DNA of 64,000 nt from Eledone cirrhosa (GCA_964016885.1 OZ024743.1:186124001-186188000), one strand, 5' to 3'; positions 41,005 to 55,350 are shown, numbered from the stretch's first letter. Notes: generated by a model not told the origin, from the letters alone. Made by a program: numbers and translations.

Positions 41005-41477
41005 TCCCTGGGGGTACAAACCCCCACTTGCCCCTGCTGAAAATTTTTTCCCTTCGATTTATATGAAATTTAAACCATAGGTAAATGATAAGATATGATG
41101 CCTATTCACAAATTTCAGCAAATTTCAATAATATTAAGACACCCTAATGGGGGTTAAACCCCCTATAGTGAAAATTTTGGAAGCCTATAACTTGAGTATT
41201 GGAACCTCTATTATCACGGGGTTTTTCTATTAATTAAATGTAAATCAACAAAAAAAGCACCTCTCTTTTATAGTAAAATTTGGCTAATTTAGACATTTTA
41301 TCTATGGCAAAACAACACTAGAATTATGACAACAAAAATTATTAGTTAATGCCTCTACTTTTTTAACATTTCCCTTTATTTTTTCTCCATAAATTATATC
41401 ACCGATTTAAAATCAATCATCATTTTCTTACAAAATAATGTGTGAAACGCAGCAAGGTGCGGGCAATTCGGTTAGTA
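41005..41477 (+). mobile_element. Possible non-autonomous Helitron
   Basis: GC hairpin CGCAGCAAGGTGCG about 10 nt upstream of TTAGT (CTAGT-like end), before (TA)n; 5' end uncertain. Confidence 0.35.
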
Positions 41478-41509
41478 TATGATATATATATGATATATAT
41501 ATATATGTA

Positions 41510-41831
41510 TGTAAAAGGTAAACAGAAATAACAAGACAATTAGTACAGTATATGGAAGGGATATATTAGATTAATGCTTGATATAGCACGAAGAGGTTCT
41601 TAGCGTTTCGGACGCTAGTCCTTCATCAGAAGAAAGAATGAGAAATAAGATAGATTGAGGGGACGGGCAGGTTGGAATTGGAAAAAATGTCTTTAGATAA
41701 AAATAACAGGTCCATTCATGTTGACATCTCTTGCAAAACTCTTGGTTTTGTGCATGATTTATTTTTTAGAAAAGTGGAAATGGAAAAAAAAACATTTTGT
41801 AAAAAGAGTTATACTTGTGCACATGCGTAAG

Positions 41832-41866
<35 letters not shown>

Positions 41867-42486
41867 ATATGTCCATACGAAGCTAAGAAGAAATGTGTGT
41901 GTATATGTGAGTCAAAGAGTGTGTGTGCATGTAAGTACAAAGCTATGAGAAAAAGTATGTTAATATAAGGGTGTGTATGTGTATACACAGAGCTGTGAAG
42001 GGAAAAGTGGAGTGAGCATATAGTCGGCCTGTATTAGTTGTAAGAGAAGATGTTAATGATCAAGAGAAAGCGATAGGAAACTAGGGGTGGTATAATGGAC
42101 GGGGTATTAGAGAAATTGGGGAGGTGAGTTGACTCCAAGAGGGGAATAGGACCCAAGGCGGTGAATCAGATTTTGATCAGTCCTGGTGCGCGAGGCCTGT
42201 GATCTATGAGGACACCCAGGACTGAAACATCTAGTGAAGAATGACCAGGTGAACAGAAATGATGGGCGATAGGAGTATCCAAACCAAGTCGTATGTCCCT
42301 CAAATGCTCAGCAAAACGGTCCGCCATACGGTGTCCCGTTTGTCCGATATATAAAGACTCACAAAGGGAACACCGGAGGGCATAGACAACGTGGGTGGAT
42401 GTGCAGGTGAAAGAGTGGCGGATATGGAAAGACCCGTTAGAGCCTGTAAGAATGGTGAGGGCGAAAATGAAGGGACAAGTGTTCAA
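41510..42486 (-). mobile_element. Penelope-like element: GIY-YIG endonuclease remnant and 3' pLTR with hammerhead motif
   Basis: ORF 42166-42486 FTCTSTHVVYALRCSLCESLYIGQTG...RFAEH...PIAHHF, then frameshifted LIHRLGSYSPLGVN; CTGATGA-A-GGAC-TAGC-GTCC-GAAA-CGCTA at ~41601-41629. Confidence 0.9.
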
Positions 42487-42632
42487 TTAACACTTAACAT
42501 TTAATATTCTACGATACTATTTCATTATAATATCATCATAATTTTAAAGGATTGTAAATAAAACGAGTAAATCAGACAAATCTGGAATTCCGTTTTTTAA
42601 TACATATATATATATATACATATATATATATA

Positions 42633-45593
42633 CATCATCATCATCATCATCATCATCATCAACGTTTAACGTCCGTGTTCCACGCTTGCATGGGTTTGGA
42701 CGGGGGTAGTCCCACTTGAGGCAAGAGTGGTTGTCTTGCTCGCATAGGACTGTCTGGCAGGTTTTCTACAGTTGGATGCCCTTCCTAACACCAACCACAT
42801 TTACAGTGTGGGTCTGGGAGGTTTTTACCGTGTTGCCTACACGGCCACATTACAGCGTGGACTGTGTGTTTTTTTGTCGTGACACCTACACGATCTCATT
42901 TGTTTCGGCCCGGATGGCGCGGCACCAACATAACTTTACATAGGACGGGGTGGTGTGGATGGGGTGGGGGTGGTGGTGGTGGGACGGGGTGTATTTTGTT
43001 AGAGATGCCTACTGGCAAGGCGGGTCTTCTCTGTTACTGAGTACCGCCAAAGGTCTCGGTCCAGTGACATTGTCTTGGAGAGGTGTAAGTGTGTGAGGTC
43101 GGAGTTTATCAGCTCGTCCCAGGTTTTTCTAGGTCTGCCTATTCCGTGGCTACCGTCTATCTTTATTGCCCTGCACTTTGTTATACAGCTATCGACTTTC
43201 ATGCGCATCACGTGTCCATACCAACGTAGCCTTCTCTCGAGTAAACAACATCTGATCCCTCTTATCTCTAATTTTTTCCTTAGTTCGTTTATGCTTTGCC
43301 GTTCACGTATATTACTGTTACACATCCAGCGGAGCATGCAAGCTTCGTTCCTCTCTAGTCTGCGTATATCCTCTGCACACAATGCCCAGGTCTCACTGCC
43401 ATGCAACATTGCTGTTCGTATGCAGGCATCGTACAACCTGCCTTTCATTTTTAGGGAGAACCCTTTAGCAGCTAATAGTGGTATAAGCTCTCTGAACTTT
43501 TTCCAACCAGTTCTGACTCTAGCTACAGTACTTTCAGAGCACCCTCCCCCACTGCTGATTTTATCGCCCAGGTAACGGAAGCTGTCCACTATTTCTATAG
43601 AACCCTCTGCGCAATTGAAAGAGCTAGTATTGTGTGGGCACTTGCTGCTACTTATTGCACCAGAACACCGGCCACATGTAAAATCTATGTTCTTAGTTAG
43701 CTTACCTGTGATCCCACTACATCTTTTATGCACCCATACTTTGCATTTAGGACACAAAATGGAGTTTCTACCTACGCCTTTCCTACACACCGAGCACGAC
43801 CATTTCCCAGAAGGGACCGCCGCCTTGTTTTCTTTCCTACAAACTAGAACTTTGGTCTTAGCCAGGTTAATTTTAAGTCCTTTTGACTCTAGGCCGTGCT
43901 TCCATGTTTGGAATTTCTTCTCTAGCTCGGCCATTGATTCCGCTATGAGTGTCAGGTCGTCTGCGTATAGGAGTTCCCATGGGCAGCCTGTCTTGAACTC
44001 CTCTGTTATAGCCTGAAGGGCAATAATAAATAGTAGGGGGCTGAGAACAGAGCCCTGATGGACGCCAACTTTTACGCTAAACTCTTCACTATATTCGTTG
44101 TTAATTCTAACCTTGCTGACTGTTTCTTTATACATGGCTTGTATAGCCCTCACAAGCCATTCGTCAACGCCTAGTTTTCTAAGAGCCCACCAGATAATGG
44201 AGCGGGGGACTCTGTCGAAGGCTTTCTCCAAGTCGACAAAAGCTAAGTAGAGGGGTTTACCTTTAGCTAGGTACTTCTCCTGTAGTTGTCGTACTATGAA
44301 AAGAGCGTCTGTGGTACTTTTGCCTGACACAAACCCGAACTGCATTTCATCTAGGTCAATTCTCTCTCTGATTAGTTGCGCTATTACTTTTTCTGTGACC
44401 TTCATGACCTGGTCGATTAATTTAATGCCTCTATAGTTACTCCTATCTAGGGCGTCTCCTTTACCCTTATAACAGTTAACGATGATGCTGCTATGCCAGT
44501 CCTTCGGAACAACCCCATTCTGTACGACTTGGTTAACTATGCGGGTGACCATGGTGTGTCCCACCGTGCCAGATGCCTTCAGCATCTCAGCAACTATTTC
44601 CGAAGGCCCAGCCGCCTTACCTGTCTTCATATCCTTGATTGCCTTACTTATTATACTCCCCTCGACTAACACTGCTGGTCCCTCTATTGGGTCGACATGG
44701 GGGAGACTGTCTTTCTCCCATTTATTCTCCTCATTTAGTAGCCTTTCATAGTGACACTTCCAAGCTGCCTTCTTATCAGTGTCGGTGATGGCAAGTATGC
44801 CATCATCGTTAAGTACACACTTCTCCCCGACAATATCACGGTTTTCCTTGACGCATTGCCTAGCAATCCTGAACACCTCACGTTTTTGGTCATCGCGTTG
44901 TAGGACATGCTTGAACTTTCTTTCCTCAGCTTCCCTTCTTGCTAAGTACACTTCTCTCCTAGCTTCCCTCCTGGCCACTTGATAGTCTACTCTACTTCCC
45001 CCATCCCGCCATACTTTCCAAGCCTGCTTTTTGGCCTTAATTGACTCCTCCACCTTACTGTTCCACCACCATGTTACTCTCCTCCTGCCTACAGGCCTGC
45101 TCCAGCCACAGACTTCGTCTGTGGCCAACAGCAGGTTTGCTTTCAGAAATTCCCACTGTCCCTCTATATTGTCCGACTCTAAGTGTTCTTCCTTACTGTC
45201 GAAAGCATCAAGTAATATGTTTTGAAATTTATTTTTGGCTGTGGGGTCCTTTAGCTTCCATATTTTTCTCCTGAGGATAGTCCTCTTCTGCTGTCGAGTA
45301 CGTCTCGACCTGACTATGAGGTCGCTAATTATCAGTCTATGTTGGGAGGTGCATTCTTCATGGGGGAGGGATTTAGTGTTTACAACAGACACTCTGTCAC
45401 GTCTTCTGGTAAGGATATAATCTACCTGGCTTGTGTGTTCCCCGGATCTATAGGTGATCAGGTGATTGTCACGTTTTTTGAAGTTAGTGTTACAGATAGT
45501 TAGGTTATTTGCATCACAGAATTCCAGGATTCTGGAGCCTTCCTCATTTCTAGTACCAAACCCATAGCCTCCATCCAAACCCATAGCCTCCAT
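42633..45593 (-). mobile_element. RTE-B (BovB-like) LINE, 5'-truncated but with unbroken ORF, inserted in (TA)n
   Basis: (CAT)n tail at 42633-42660, 3' UTR to 42998, continuous ORF, (TA)n on both sides. Confidence 0.96.
42999..45593 (-). CDS. RTE ORF: partial APE endonuclease plus reverse transcriptase with PHD-type finger
   Basis: Track ORF 42999-45683 without its microsatellite-derived YI start; [43 protein letters not shown]. Confidence 0.9.
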   Translation of the reverse strand: MEAMGLDGGYGFGTRNEEGSRILEFCDANNLTICNTNFKKRDNHLITYRSGEHTSQVDYILTRRRDRVSVVNTKSLPHEECTSQHRLIISDLIVRSRRTRQQKRTILRRKIWKLKDPTAKNKFQNILLDAFDSKEEHLESDNIEGQWEFLKANLLLATDEVCGWSRPVGRRRVTWWWNSKVEESIKAKKQAWKVWRDGGSRVDYQVARREARREVYLARREAEERKFKHVLQRDDQKREVFRIARQCVKENRDIVGEKCVLNDDGILAITDTDKKAAWKCHYERLLNEENKWEKDSLPHVDPIEGPAVLVEGSIISKAIKDMKTGKAAGPSEIVAEMLKASGTVGHTMVTRIVNQVVQNGVVPKDWHSSIIVNCYKGKGDALDRSNYRGIKLIDQVMKVTEKVIAQLIRERIDLDEMQFGFVSGKSTTDALFIVRQLQEKYLAKGKPLYLAFVDLEKAFDRVPRSIIWWALRKLGVDEWLVRAIQAMYKETVSKVRINNEYSEEFSVKVGVHQGSVLSPLLFIIALQAITEEFKTGCPWELLYADDLTLIAESMAELEKKFQTWKHGLESKGLKINLAKTKVLVCRKENKAAVPSGKWSCSVCRKGVGRNSILCPKCKVWVHKRCSGITGKLTKNIDFTCGRCSGAISSSKCPHNTSSFNCAEGSIEIVDSFRYLGDKISSGGGCSESTVARVRTGWKKFRELIPLLAAKGFSLKMKGRLYDACIRTAMLHGSETWALCAEDIRRLERNEACMLRWMCNSNIRERQSINELRKKLEIRGIRCCLLERRLRWYGHVMRMKVDSCITKCRAIKIDGSHGIGRPRKTWDELINSDLTHLHLSKTMSLDRDLWRYSVTEKTRLASRHL

Positions 45594-45595
45594 AC

Positions 45596-45680
<85 letters not shown>

Positions 45681-45681
45681 C

Positions 45682-45713
<32 letters not shown>

Positions 45714-45884
45714 GTATATATATATATGTATATATATATATGTATATATATATATATGTATTAAAAAACGGAATTCCAGATTTGTCTGATTTACTTGTTA
45801 CTGTGCTCATAATTGTTTTGGCATTGATACACTGGTTGGATGCCCTTCCTAACACCAGTGCCACTTTACAGCATGGACTGGGTG

Positions 45885-45943
<59 letters not shown>

Positions 45944-45985
45944 GTATATATATGTATATATATATACATATATATATATACATAC

Positions 45986-46060
<75 letters not shown>

Positions 46061-46062
46061 TA
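45594..46062. repeat. Two (TA)n tracts separated by a ~130-bp insert of inverted flanking sequence
   Basis: 45757-45796 = reverse complement of ~42566-42605; 45796-45890 = reverse complement of 46061-46155. Confidence 0.92.
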
Positions 46063-49040
46063 AAAGCACCCAGTCCATGCTGTAAAGTGGCACTGGTGTT
46101 AGGAAGGGCATCCAACCAGTGTATCAATGCCAACACAATTATGAGCACAGCAACAAATATATAGGAACAACAAGAATATGAAGACGTGGCATCTCAGAGT
46201 TGCAACACTTAATGTTGGCACTCTCACAGGTAGATATGGTGAAATAGCGGAGATGCTGGAGAGAAGGTATGTGGATGTGTGCTGCGTGCAAGAGGTGAGA
46301 TGGAGAGGTGCCTCTGCGAGACTAGTCGCAGGCAAACATCTTAGCTATAAGCTTTTCTGGGTAGGTAAGGATAATGGGTTAGGAGGAATAGACATTTTCC
46401 TGGCTGGGAGATGGATCAATAAGACAATAGAGGTAGTTCGAGTTAATAATCGAATAATTAAGATTAGATTAGTTGTAGGCAGGAGACTACTGTCAATCAT
46501 CTCTGCTTATGCTCCCCAAGCAGGCCTAGGCAAAGAAGAGAAAGACTGCTTTTACGAGCAACTTTTACAAACAATCGCAATGACAGAGGATGAAGAGATC
46601 ATTATGCTAGCAGGGGACTTCAATGGTCATGTTGGACAGCTCCAGGATGGTTACACTGGGGTTACACGGTTACGGCTCAAGAAATGAAGAAGGAGTGAGA
46701 CTTCTTGAATTTTGTGATGCAAGTACATTGACTATTTGCAACACTAACTTCCAGAAACCTGCCAACCACCGAATAACCTACAAATCAGGCGAGCACATAA
46801 GCCAGATTGACTTCTTACTAGTTAGGCAGCGGGACAGGCAGATGGTGTCAAAAACCAAGGCATACCCTGGGGAAGAATGTACCCCACAGCATAAGTTAGT
46901 TGTTAGTGATATCTCAGTAAGCAAGAGATGGAATGAGACATACAGGAAAGAGCTCCAACCAGACAGAGAGTGACCTGGTAGTGGAACAGCACAGTAGATA
47001 GGGCCATTAGAGACAAAAGACTAGCATGGAAGGCTTGGAAAAAGGGTGGGAGTAGAGAAGGATATACAGCCGCTAAGAGAGAAGCTAGACGTCAGGTGTA
47101 CTTAGCACACAGGGAGGCTGAGAGTAGGAGGTTTGCCAATGTTCTGTGACAGGAAGATCAGAGATGTGCGGTGTTCCACATTGCAACGCTGTGTGTCAAT
47201 GCAAATCAGGATGTTGTTGGAGATAAATGTGTCTGGAATGATGCCGGTGTACTTAGTGTCACAAATGATCAGAAAAAGGAGGCCAGGAAATGTCATTATG
47301 AGAGACTGATGAATGTGGAGAACGAATGGGAGAGAGAGAAATTACCTTCAGTAGATCTGACAGAGGGACCAGCTATTGAGATTGACAAATACAGGGTCCA
47401 AGAGGTGGTTAAGGAAATGAAAAATGGTAAGGCTGCTGGACTGTCGGGGATAGTTGCTGAGATGCTGAAGGCATCAGGGGACGTAGGCACTAAACTGGAT
47501 GCATGCATCATCAATCAGGCTATATATGGCGGTGTCATACCCAAAGACTCGTGCAGCAGTATTCTCATAAATTTCTACAAAGGTAAAGGGGATGGTCTGG
47601 AGAGGAGCAATTATAGGGGTATAAAACTGATGGATCAGGTTATGAAAGTGGCAGAGAGAATATTAGCACAACTAATTAGAGAAAGGGTCAAACTAGATGA
47701 TATGCAGTTTGGTTTTGTGCCTAGGAAAAGTATAACAGATGCCCTCTTCTTAGTGAGACAATTACAAGAGAGGTTCTTAGAGAAGAATAAACCACTATAC
47801 TTAGCCTTTGTTGACCTAGAGAAGGCCTTTGATAGAGTACCCCGATCTGTCATCTGGTGGTCCCTAAGGGAACTAGGTGTTGAGGAATGGCTTGTGAAGA
47901 CAGTGCAAACTTTGTACAGAGGTGCTGTCAGTAAAGTGAGGGTAGGAATGGAGTTTAGTGAGGAATTCCAGATACAAGTAGGAGTACATCAAGGTTTGGT
48001 CCTCAGCCCACTCTTGTTCATTATAGTCCCCCAAGCCATAACAGAAGAGTTTAAGACTGGCTGTCCATGGGAACTTCTCTATGCTGACGATCTGGTTCTT
48101 ATAGCAGAATCAGTAGAGGAGCTAGAGAATAAATTCTGGCTATGGAAACAGTAGTTGGAAGCAAGAGGACTGAGAGTGAACCTAGCTAAGACAAAAGTGT
48201 TGATGAGTAGAAAAGAGGACAAAACTCTGATTCCGCCAGGGAAATGGCCATGTTTGATATGCAGAAAAGGAACTGGCATAAATTCTATAAAATGCACACA
48301 ATGCAGATCCTGGGTACACAAGAGATGTAGCGGGATAGCAGCAAACTAACAGGGAAATTAGACAGTAGAAGTTGCATTGATAGACACATTTTTCAAATGT
48401 AGGCGGGTGCTATAGAAGTGGTGGATAGCTTCCGGTACCTAGGAGATCAGATTAGCATGGGAGCGGGGTGTTCTGAGGCCATAGTATCTAGAATAAGGAT
48501 GGATTGGAAGAAGTTTAGGGAGCTGCTTCCTCTGCTGACGAAGAAGGGTTTCTCCCTGCGTACAAAAGTCCGGTTATATGATGCCTGTGTGAGGTGCGCG
48601 ATGCTGCATTGTAGTGAGACTTGGGCAGCAACTGCAGAGGATATGCGACGGCTGGAGAGAAATGAAGCAAGCATGCTCCATTGGATGTGCAATGTCAATG
48701 TGCGTGAACGACCCAGGATGGATGTGTTGAGAGAGAAACTGTGTCTGAGAAGGATAGAATGTAGTGTGCAAAAGAGTAGACTGCGGTGGTATGGACATGT
48801 GATGCGCATGGAGGATGACCGATGGGTGAAGAAGTGCCAGGAAATGCCAGTTGAAGGAAGACGTGGTAGAGGTAGACCACGAAAAACATGGGCGGAGGTG
48901 GTGGGAACAGACCTCAGATCGCTGAAGCTCACGGTGGAGATGACGAAGAACCATGACAAGTGGACAGATGCTGTGCTAAATAAGACCCGGCCCACCCTTG
49001 CAAGCAGGGAAAAGCGGACGTAAAATGATGGTGATGATGA
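46061..49040 (+). mobile_element. RTE-C LINE, near full length, decayed (stops, frameshifts, deletions)
   Basis: ORF pieces 46178-46687 (VATLNVGTL, CVQEVRW, SAYAPQ, GDFNGH), 46623-46973, 47171-48154 (YADD), 48155-48349 and 48418-49023; ends GCGGACGTAAAA(TGA)n. Confidence 0.95.
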
Positions 49041-49090
49041 TATACATGATATATATATATATATATATACATATATGCTATATATATATA

Positions 49091-49316
49091 CTACAACCTA
49101 TCCCTCTTATACACAGTTTCTCTTTCAACACATCTATGCTTGGTTGTTCATGCACATTGACATTGCACATCCAATTTCAGCATGCTTGCTTCTTTTCCCT
49201 CCAGCCGTCGCATATCCTCTGCAATTGCTGTCTCACTACCATGCAGCATCGCACATCTCACACAGGCATCATATAACTGGCCTTTTGTGTGCAGTGAAAA
49301 ACCCTTCTTTTTTAAG
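49091..49316 (-). mobile_element. Diverged RTE-C-like internal fragment
   Basis: Antisense similarity to ~48535-48765. Confidence 0.8.
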
Positions 49317-49473
49317 TCAAGTATTGTGTTCTAAGGTCTAATCTATTATTTATTTGTGTCTGTTGAGTCAACATATAAGCAAGGCTTCCTTAATTTTCAA
49401 ATTGCCCATAATTCTCTCTCTGGCTTCGATATTGAGTGTTATATTTTTCTTGGTGTTTTTGCATTTATCAATA

Positions 49474-49668
49474 TAATAATGAAATTATTGTGTAAAGTGC
49501 TCAGGTGCACTACAACTCGTCAATATAGTACATAGAATAATACACAAATGTCAGGGAAGTACATGTGTGTATGTGTTAGCTGTAGTGTTGGCGGATCTCG
49601 GGAAGCATGGAGGCCTTAAAGGATGCAGTGTCTCGACAGCTAACAACTGATGCAGGTAGTTTGTTCCA
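49474..49668 (-). mobile_element. CR1 3'-end fragment
   Basis: Near-identical to ~17130-17326. Confidence 0.92.
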
Positions 49669-49747
49669 TATATATATATGATATTGTTATATCATAGATA
49701 TATATATATATATTTGTTGGTGATTTTGCATTTGTCAATATCATATA

Positions 49748-49955
49748 TCATCATCATCCTTATCTTAAGTCTGCTTTTCCTTGCTTGCAAGGGTGGGATG
49801 AATATTTTTCAGCACAGCACCTCTCCATTTGTCATGCTCCTTTGTCATCTCTTCTGTGAGCTTCAGTGATCAGAGGTCAGCCCTCACCACCACTGTCCAT
49901 GTTTTTTGTGGTCTTCCTCTACTGTGTCTTCCTTCCAATGGGATTTCTTGGCACT
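49748..49955 (-). mobile_element. RTE-C-like 3'-end fragment
   Basis: KCQEIPLEGRHSRGRPQKTW and CTTGCAAGGGTGGG, antisense to ~48832-49040. Confidence 0.85.
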
Positions 49956-50045
49956 TATATATATCATATATATATATATATGATATTGACAAATGCAAAA
50001 ACACCAACAAAAATATAACAGCAAATATTGAAGCCAGAGAGAGAA

Positions 50046-50149
<104 letters not shown>

Positions 50150-50829
50150 ACTGCTTCTTCCAAATTATTGTGACACTCATTTTTCATTTGTTATTGTACC
50201 TTTATAATCTCCATCACTCAGCTTTTTACTGTTTTTTTTTCAACAATAATATAATATATAAATACACTTATCTCATGAACTTTATTTTGATCCTTTATCC
50301 ACCATTACTGTATCACCTTCTTTTATCATAAACCTTTTCTCATTTGCATCATACACCAATTGTTTATTGCCTTTTCAAATTTTTCATTTTAATCGTTTTT
50401 TGTTCCTTCACCAATGTAATTTAGGTGAACCCTATCTGACCATCACAACAAAATCTCTGATATCTTTCTCACTCCATTGCTGTTTTTACTTTCCAATCAT
50501 CAAATAATGACATGTGCTCTATTTTGGTTTACACCTCTTCATTTGATTTACACCTCTTCAAACACTCTTACACTGCTCTACTCCCAGACCCCCCTCTCTC
50601 GATATATAGCAACATACCACAATAGGCCAGTTTCACGATTGCCACTGAAAGTGAGGGATGTTCCCCAGGACTTGAAGATATTCATAGAAGTTAATGAGGA
50701 CTTACCAGAACTAATATCAATAATGACTTACTGTAAAGATTTAAATTATTTAAGAACACCAATCATCAGTGAAGTCATTCTTCTCTTTTTTCAAATCTAT
50801 CTATCTACCTGTCTGTCTCATGATTTTAA

Positions 50830-51090
50830 GGTCATGAATTTGATCCATGGTGGTGCATTGAGTTCTTGAGCAAGATACTCTATTTCATGTTACTCCAGGT
50901 CACTCAGCTGGCAAGAGAGAATTGTATCTGTAGTGCAAAGGACCTGTCTTTGCACATACTGTGTCATGCTGAATCTCCTTGAGAACTATGTTAAGTGTGC
51001 TCATGTCTGTGGAATGCTCAGCCACCTGTACGTTAATTTCATGAGTAGGCTGTCCTCTTGTTCAATCAACTGGAACACATGTCATCAGAC
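50830..51090 (+). mobile_element. Degenerate SINE, family B-like
   Basis: TTCTTGAGCAAGATACTCTATTTCATGTTACTCCAG..CACTCAGCTG, as in 16940-16987. Confidence 0.55.
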
Positions 51091-52182
51091 AAACAAATCA
51101 AGCATTAGTTCAGTTTGTCTCAGTAGACCCATGCCTTAGGGCATTTTTGCTACATATATAATAATAATAATGAAAATGTTTGTGTACAGTGCTCAGGTAC
51201 ACTAGAACTCATCACAGGTGCATGTACAGTACATATAATAATGCCCTTTTTCTCTGACACTATCTGCAACTACTTTACCCAAAGCATCCTTTTATTTTTA
51301 AGACTAATTTGAAAAAGAATTTTGTCTTCTATTTCTAACAGGTTGAATTTTATTAAATCTACTGATAACACTTGTGACCGTTGACTCCTGCATGTTGATG
51401 GTTTAATTGAACCAACAACTTATATCTCACTGAAATAACAACATCAAATTCCATTACTCCAGTGTTCTTTTCATATACGTAATATTAAAAATACAAAACA
51501 AAATACAATTTTCGAATAAAATTTCAATTTTATTTATTTTTCAAATAGAATCAGTTTTTGATGTTGAGACATCAAAAATATAATGAATTATAATGAATTG
51601 AGTTCACAGAAAAATGTGAATTCACCTAGAAAGCATTTCTGTCCACGATCTCATATTTAATGAAAAGAAAAAATAAGAGGAGTTTAATAAAAAAGATATA
51701 GAGAGAAAGAAAGAGAGAGAACGAGAGAAAGGGAGAGTAAGAGAAGAGAGAAGAAAGAGACAAAGAAAAAATGTTGAAATTTCCTGAATTTTATTATTAT
51801 TTCAAATAAAGTAGTTTATTTTAAAGATTCTTGTAATGTGATGTTGCAATGTTATAGTGGAAAAAATTGTAGCAATAGTAATAATTATTATTATCATTAT
51901 TATTATTCATTAAAAATACGATTTTATTGAATTTGAATAATAAAAAATGAGTATAGACAGAAATGAATGTTCAATTTTCATTAAGATAAAAAAAAGTAAT
52001 AAATTTTTGTTATTTATACAATTTGAAAGATTTTTAGAATAATCTTTCAACTGTCTAAAACTGTGCCAGTAGATATAGTACACAATCTGACAGACACACA
52101 CATGTATGTGAAGGTATACACACACCCATATATATATGTGTGTGTGTATAAACATATATATCATAAATTCCTATATGTACAT

Positions 52183-52982
<800 letters not shown>

Positions 52983-53632
52983 CACAGGGCATCGAGTGCT
53001 CATACGGCCTACCGCATACAGATGCTTTAAGCATCCAACACCAATTATATATATATATATATATACACATATATCAATGTATATGTGTGTGTGTGTGTTT
53101 GTATGTGTCTGTTTCCATGATGGCAATTTGAAATTTATAAAACAAATTATATCGCATTGTTTGATTTTAGAGTCACAGAAATTATTTGATATTAGCTGTC
53201 CTTATTAGTAATTGGTTATTATAATCAATTATAATCAATATTATAATTAATATTATTGTTAATATTATTATGAAACCTATTGTAAGTAAAGTCATCAACG
53301 ACAAGTCAGCTAGTTAGAAAATAAACATTTGCTTCAGCTGCTCTTGATAAGAATAATAAAGACATAAACATAGGATTATATATGAACATACACACAAACA
53401 TATACACAGACACATATATATGTACGCACACATGCACACCACACATACTCACCTACACACACATGCATACACACATATATGTGTGTTTGTGTGTAAGTGA
53501 GTATATATATATCTTCATCATCATATAATATATATATATATTGAAAGGATAACAAGGACGATAGTTATATACATATATCTATATAGAGTTATATATACAT
53601 ATATAGTTATATATGTATATATAATATATATG

Positions 53633-53666
<34 letters not shown>

Positions 53667-54164
53667 TGTATACATACATATATATATACATTATATATAT
53701 ATATATATGATATGATATCGTTCAATTTACAACTGCATTTAGGTTGCACACACATGGATTCTCTCCCACTCTTACATTTGAACAACAATGCGCATAAACA
53801 TATCTCGCATGGTGTATGCGCTCACAACAACTTGGAATAAGTTTAAAAGTGATAAAAATATGTTATTTCTTTATATATAATTTCTTTTATTATAGTTTTT
53901 TTTTTCCATTTCATGGTTGAATTTTTGTTTCTGAAAGTGGGATAACAAAATGAAATGAGGGAAATGTCAGGCAAAATAGGCTTATTGAGAATGGGAAGGT
54001 TGGGCTTGGGTAGGAAAAAAAAAAATGAATCAAGAAAATAATTGTATAAACATACATGCACACACATACTCTAGCTCATTGCATTTGACATATATACATA
54101 GACACAATTAATTTTGTACATACATACATACATGCATACATGCTACATACAAAAATACATACAT

Positions 54165-54196
<32 letters not shown>

Positions 54197-54290
54197 CAAT
54201 ATATATACATGCATACATGCACGCACACACACATATATATATATATATATATCAATATATATACATGCATACATGCACACACACACACAG

Positions 54291-54338
<48 letters not shown>

Positions 54339-54579
54339 AAATATACATATGTACACACACACACACATATATATATACATGTGTGTGTGTGTATGTGTGT
54401 GCATTGCCTTTTCTTACATGCATATGTACCTGATTAGATGAGGAATATTGTCAAGAACACCAAATGATATAAAATATATACACAATATACACTGCTTTTT
54501 GTTGTTGGTTATAAGAGATTCTTAGTTCTTGTTTTTCCTATCAATCTTTGCATATTATCAACTATATGTTTTGATAATA

Positions 54580-54770
54580 ATAATTGTTTCTACTTTTGGC
54601 ACAAGGCCAGAAATTACCCCAGTTTCTTACTGGTACTTTATTTTATCGACCCCATAAGGATTGAAGGCAAAGTTAACCTCGGCGGGATTTGAACTCAGAA
54701 TGGAAAGGGCCGTAACTCTATGCATCAATGCATCGCGCCTGACCCTCTACCGATACTGCCAATCCACTGC
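54580..54770 (-). mobile_element. SINE family A
   Basis: Highly similar to 30037-30220. Confidence 0.85.
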
Positions 54771-55109
54771 ATGAAGACAATTATCAATAATGAAATTTTT
54801 AAAGAATTATCAGATAGTTATTCTTCAATAAATCCATATAGGTTAAATTTTGCCTATAAAGTTTGGCTATGTAATTCAGAAACTAAGAATTTTCATTAGG
54901 TTTTGTAAGTTATTCATTTTGATTTCAGTATTTTGTCTTTTCTTATATATAAATTTAAAATTAATCAGTTGGCGAATATGTGTTTAACATAAGAATAATC
55001 TCAAATTTTTTAAGGTGTAGCATCAAGTTACATCTAGCATATTAAGTTGATAAATGGATGAATATTGGAACAAATAACCACTGAATATATATATATATAT
55101 GTATATATA

Positions 55110-55350
55110 TGATAGTAGAAATGAGGAAGTTTTGTTTACATATGAAAAATATTTATTGCGTATTAACCTGTTACATGCGTTTCGCAGACGGTTGGCTCAA
55201 GGTGAGCTATAGGAGTTATGGACATGATTCCAGTATCGATCTGCTCCTCATATGTAAACGAAACTTCCTCGTTTTTTCTATTATATACACTCTGCCTGTG
55301 CATAGAGTGCTTGATTTGGTACCAACACCAATATTTCACCGTATTACCTA
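55110..55350. mobile_element. PLE-like terminus with inverted repeat and truncated hammerhead
   Basis: 55112-55145 is inverted at ~55248-55281; the minus strand between them reads TGAGGA-GCAGA...TCTGC-GAAA-CGCATG-TA. Confidence 0.6.

Noticed and set aside
43075-45420. Plus-strand ORFs opposite RTE-B (also those opposite RTE-A and RTE-C)
   Set aside because: Antisense shadows of the RT ORF with no recognisable domains.
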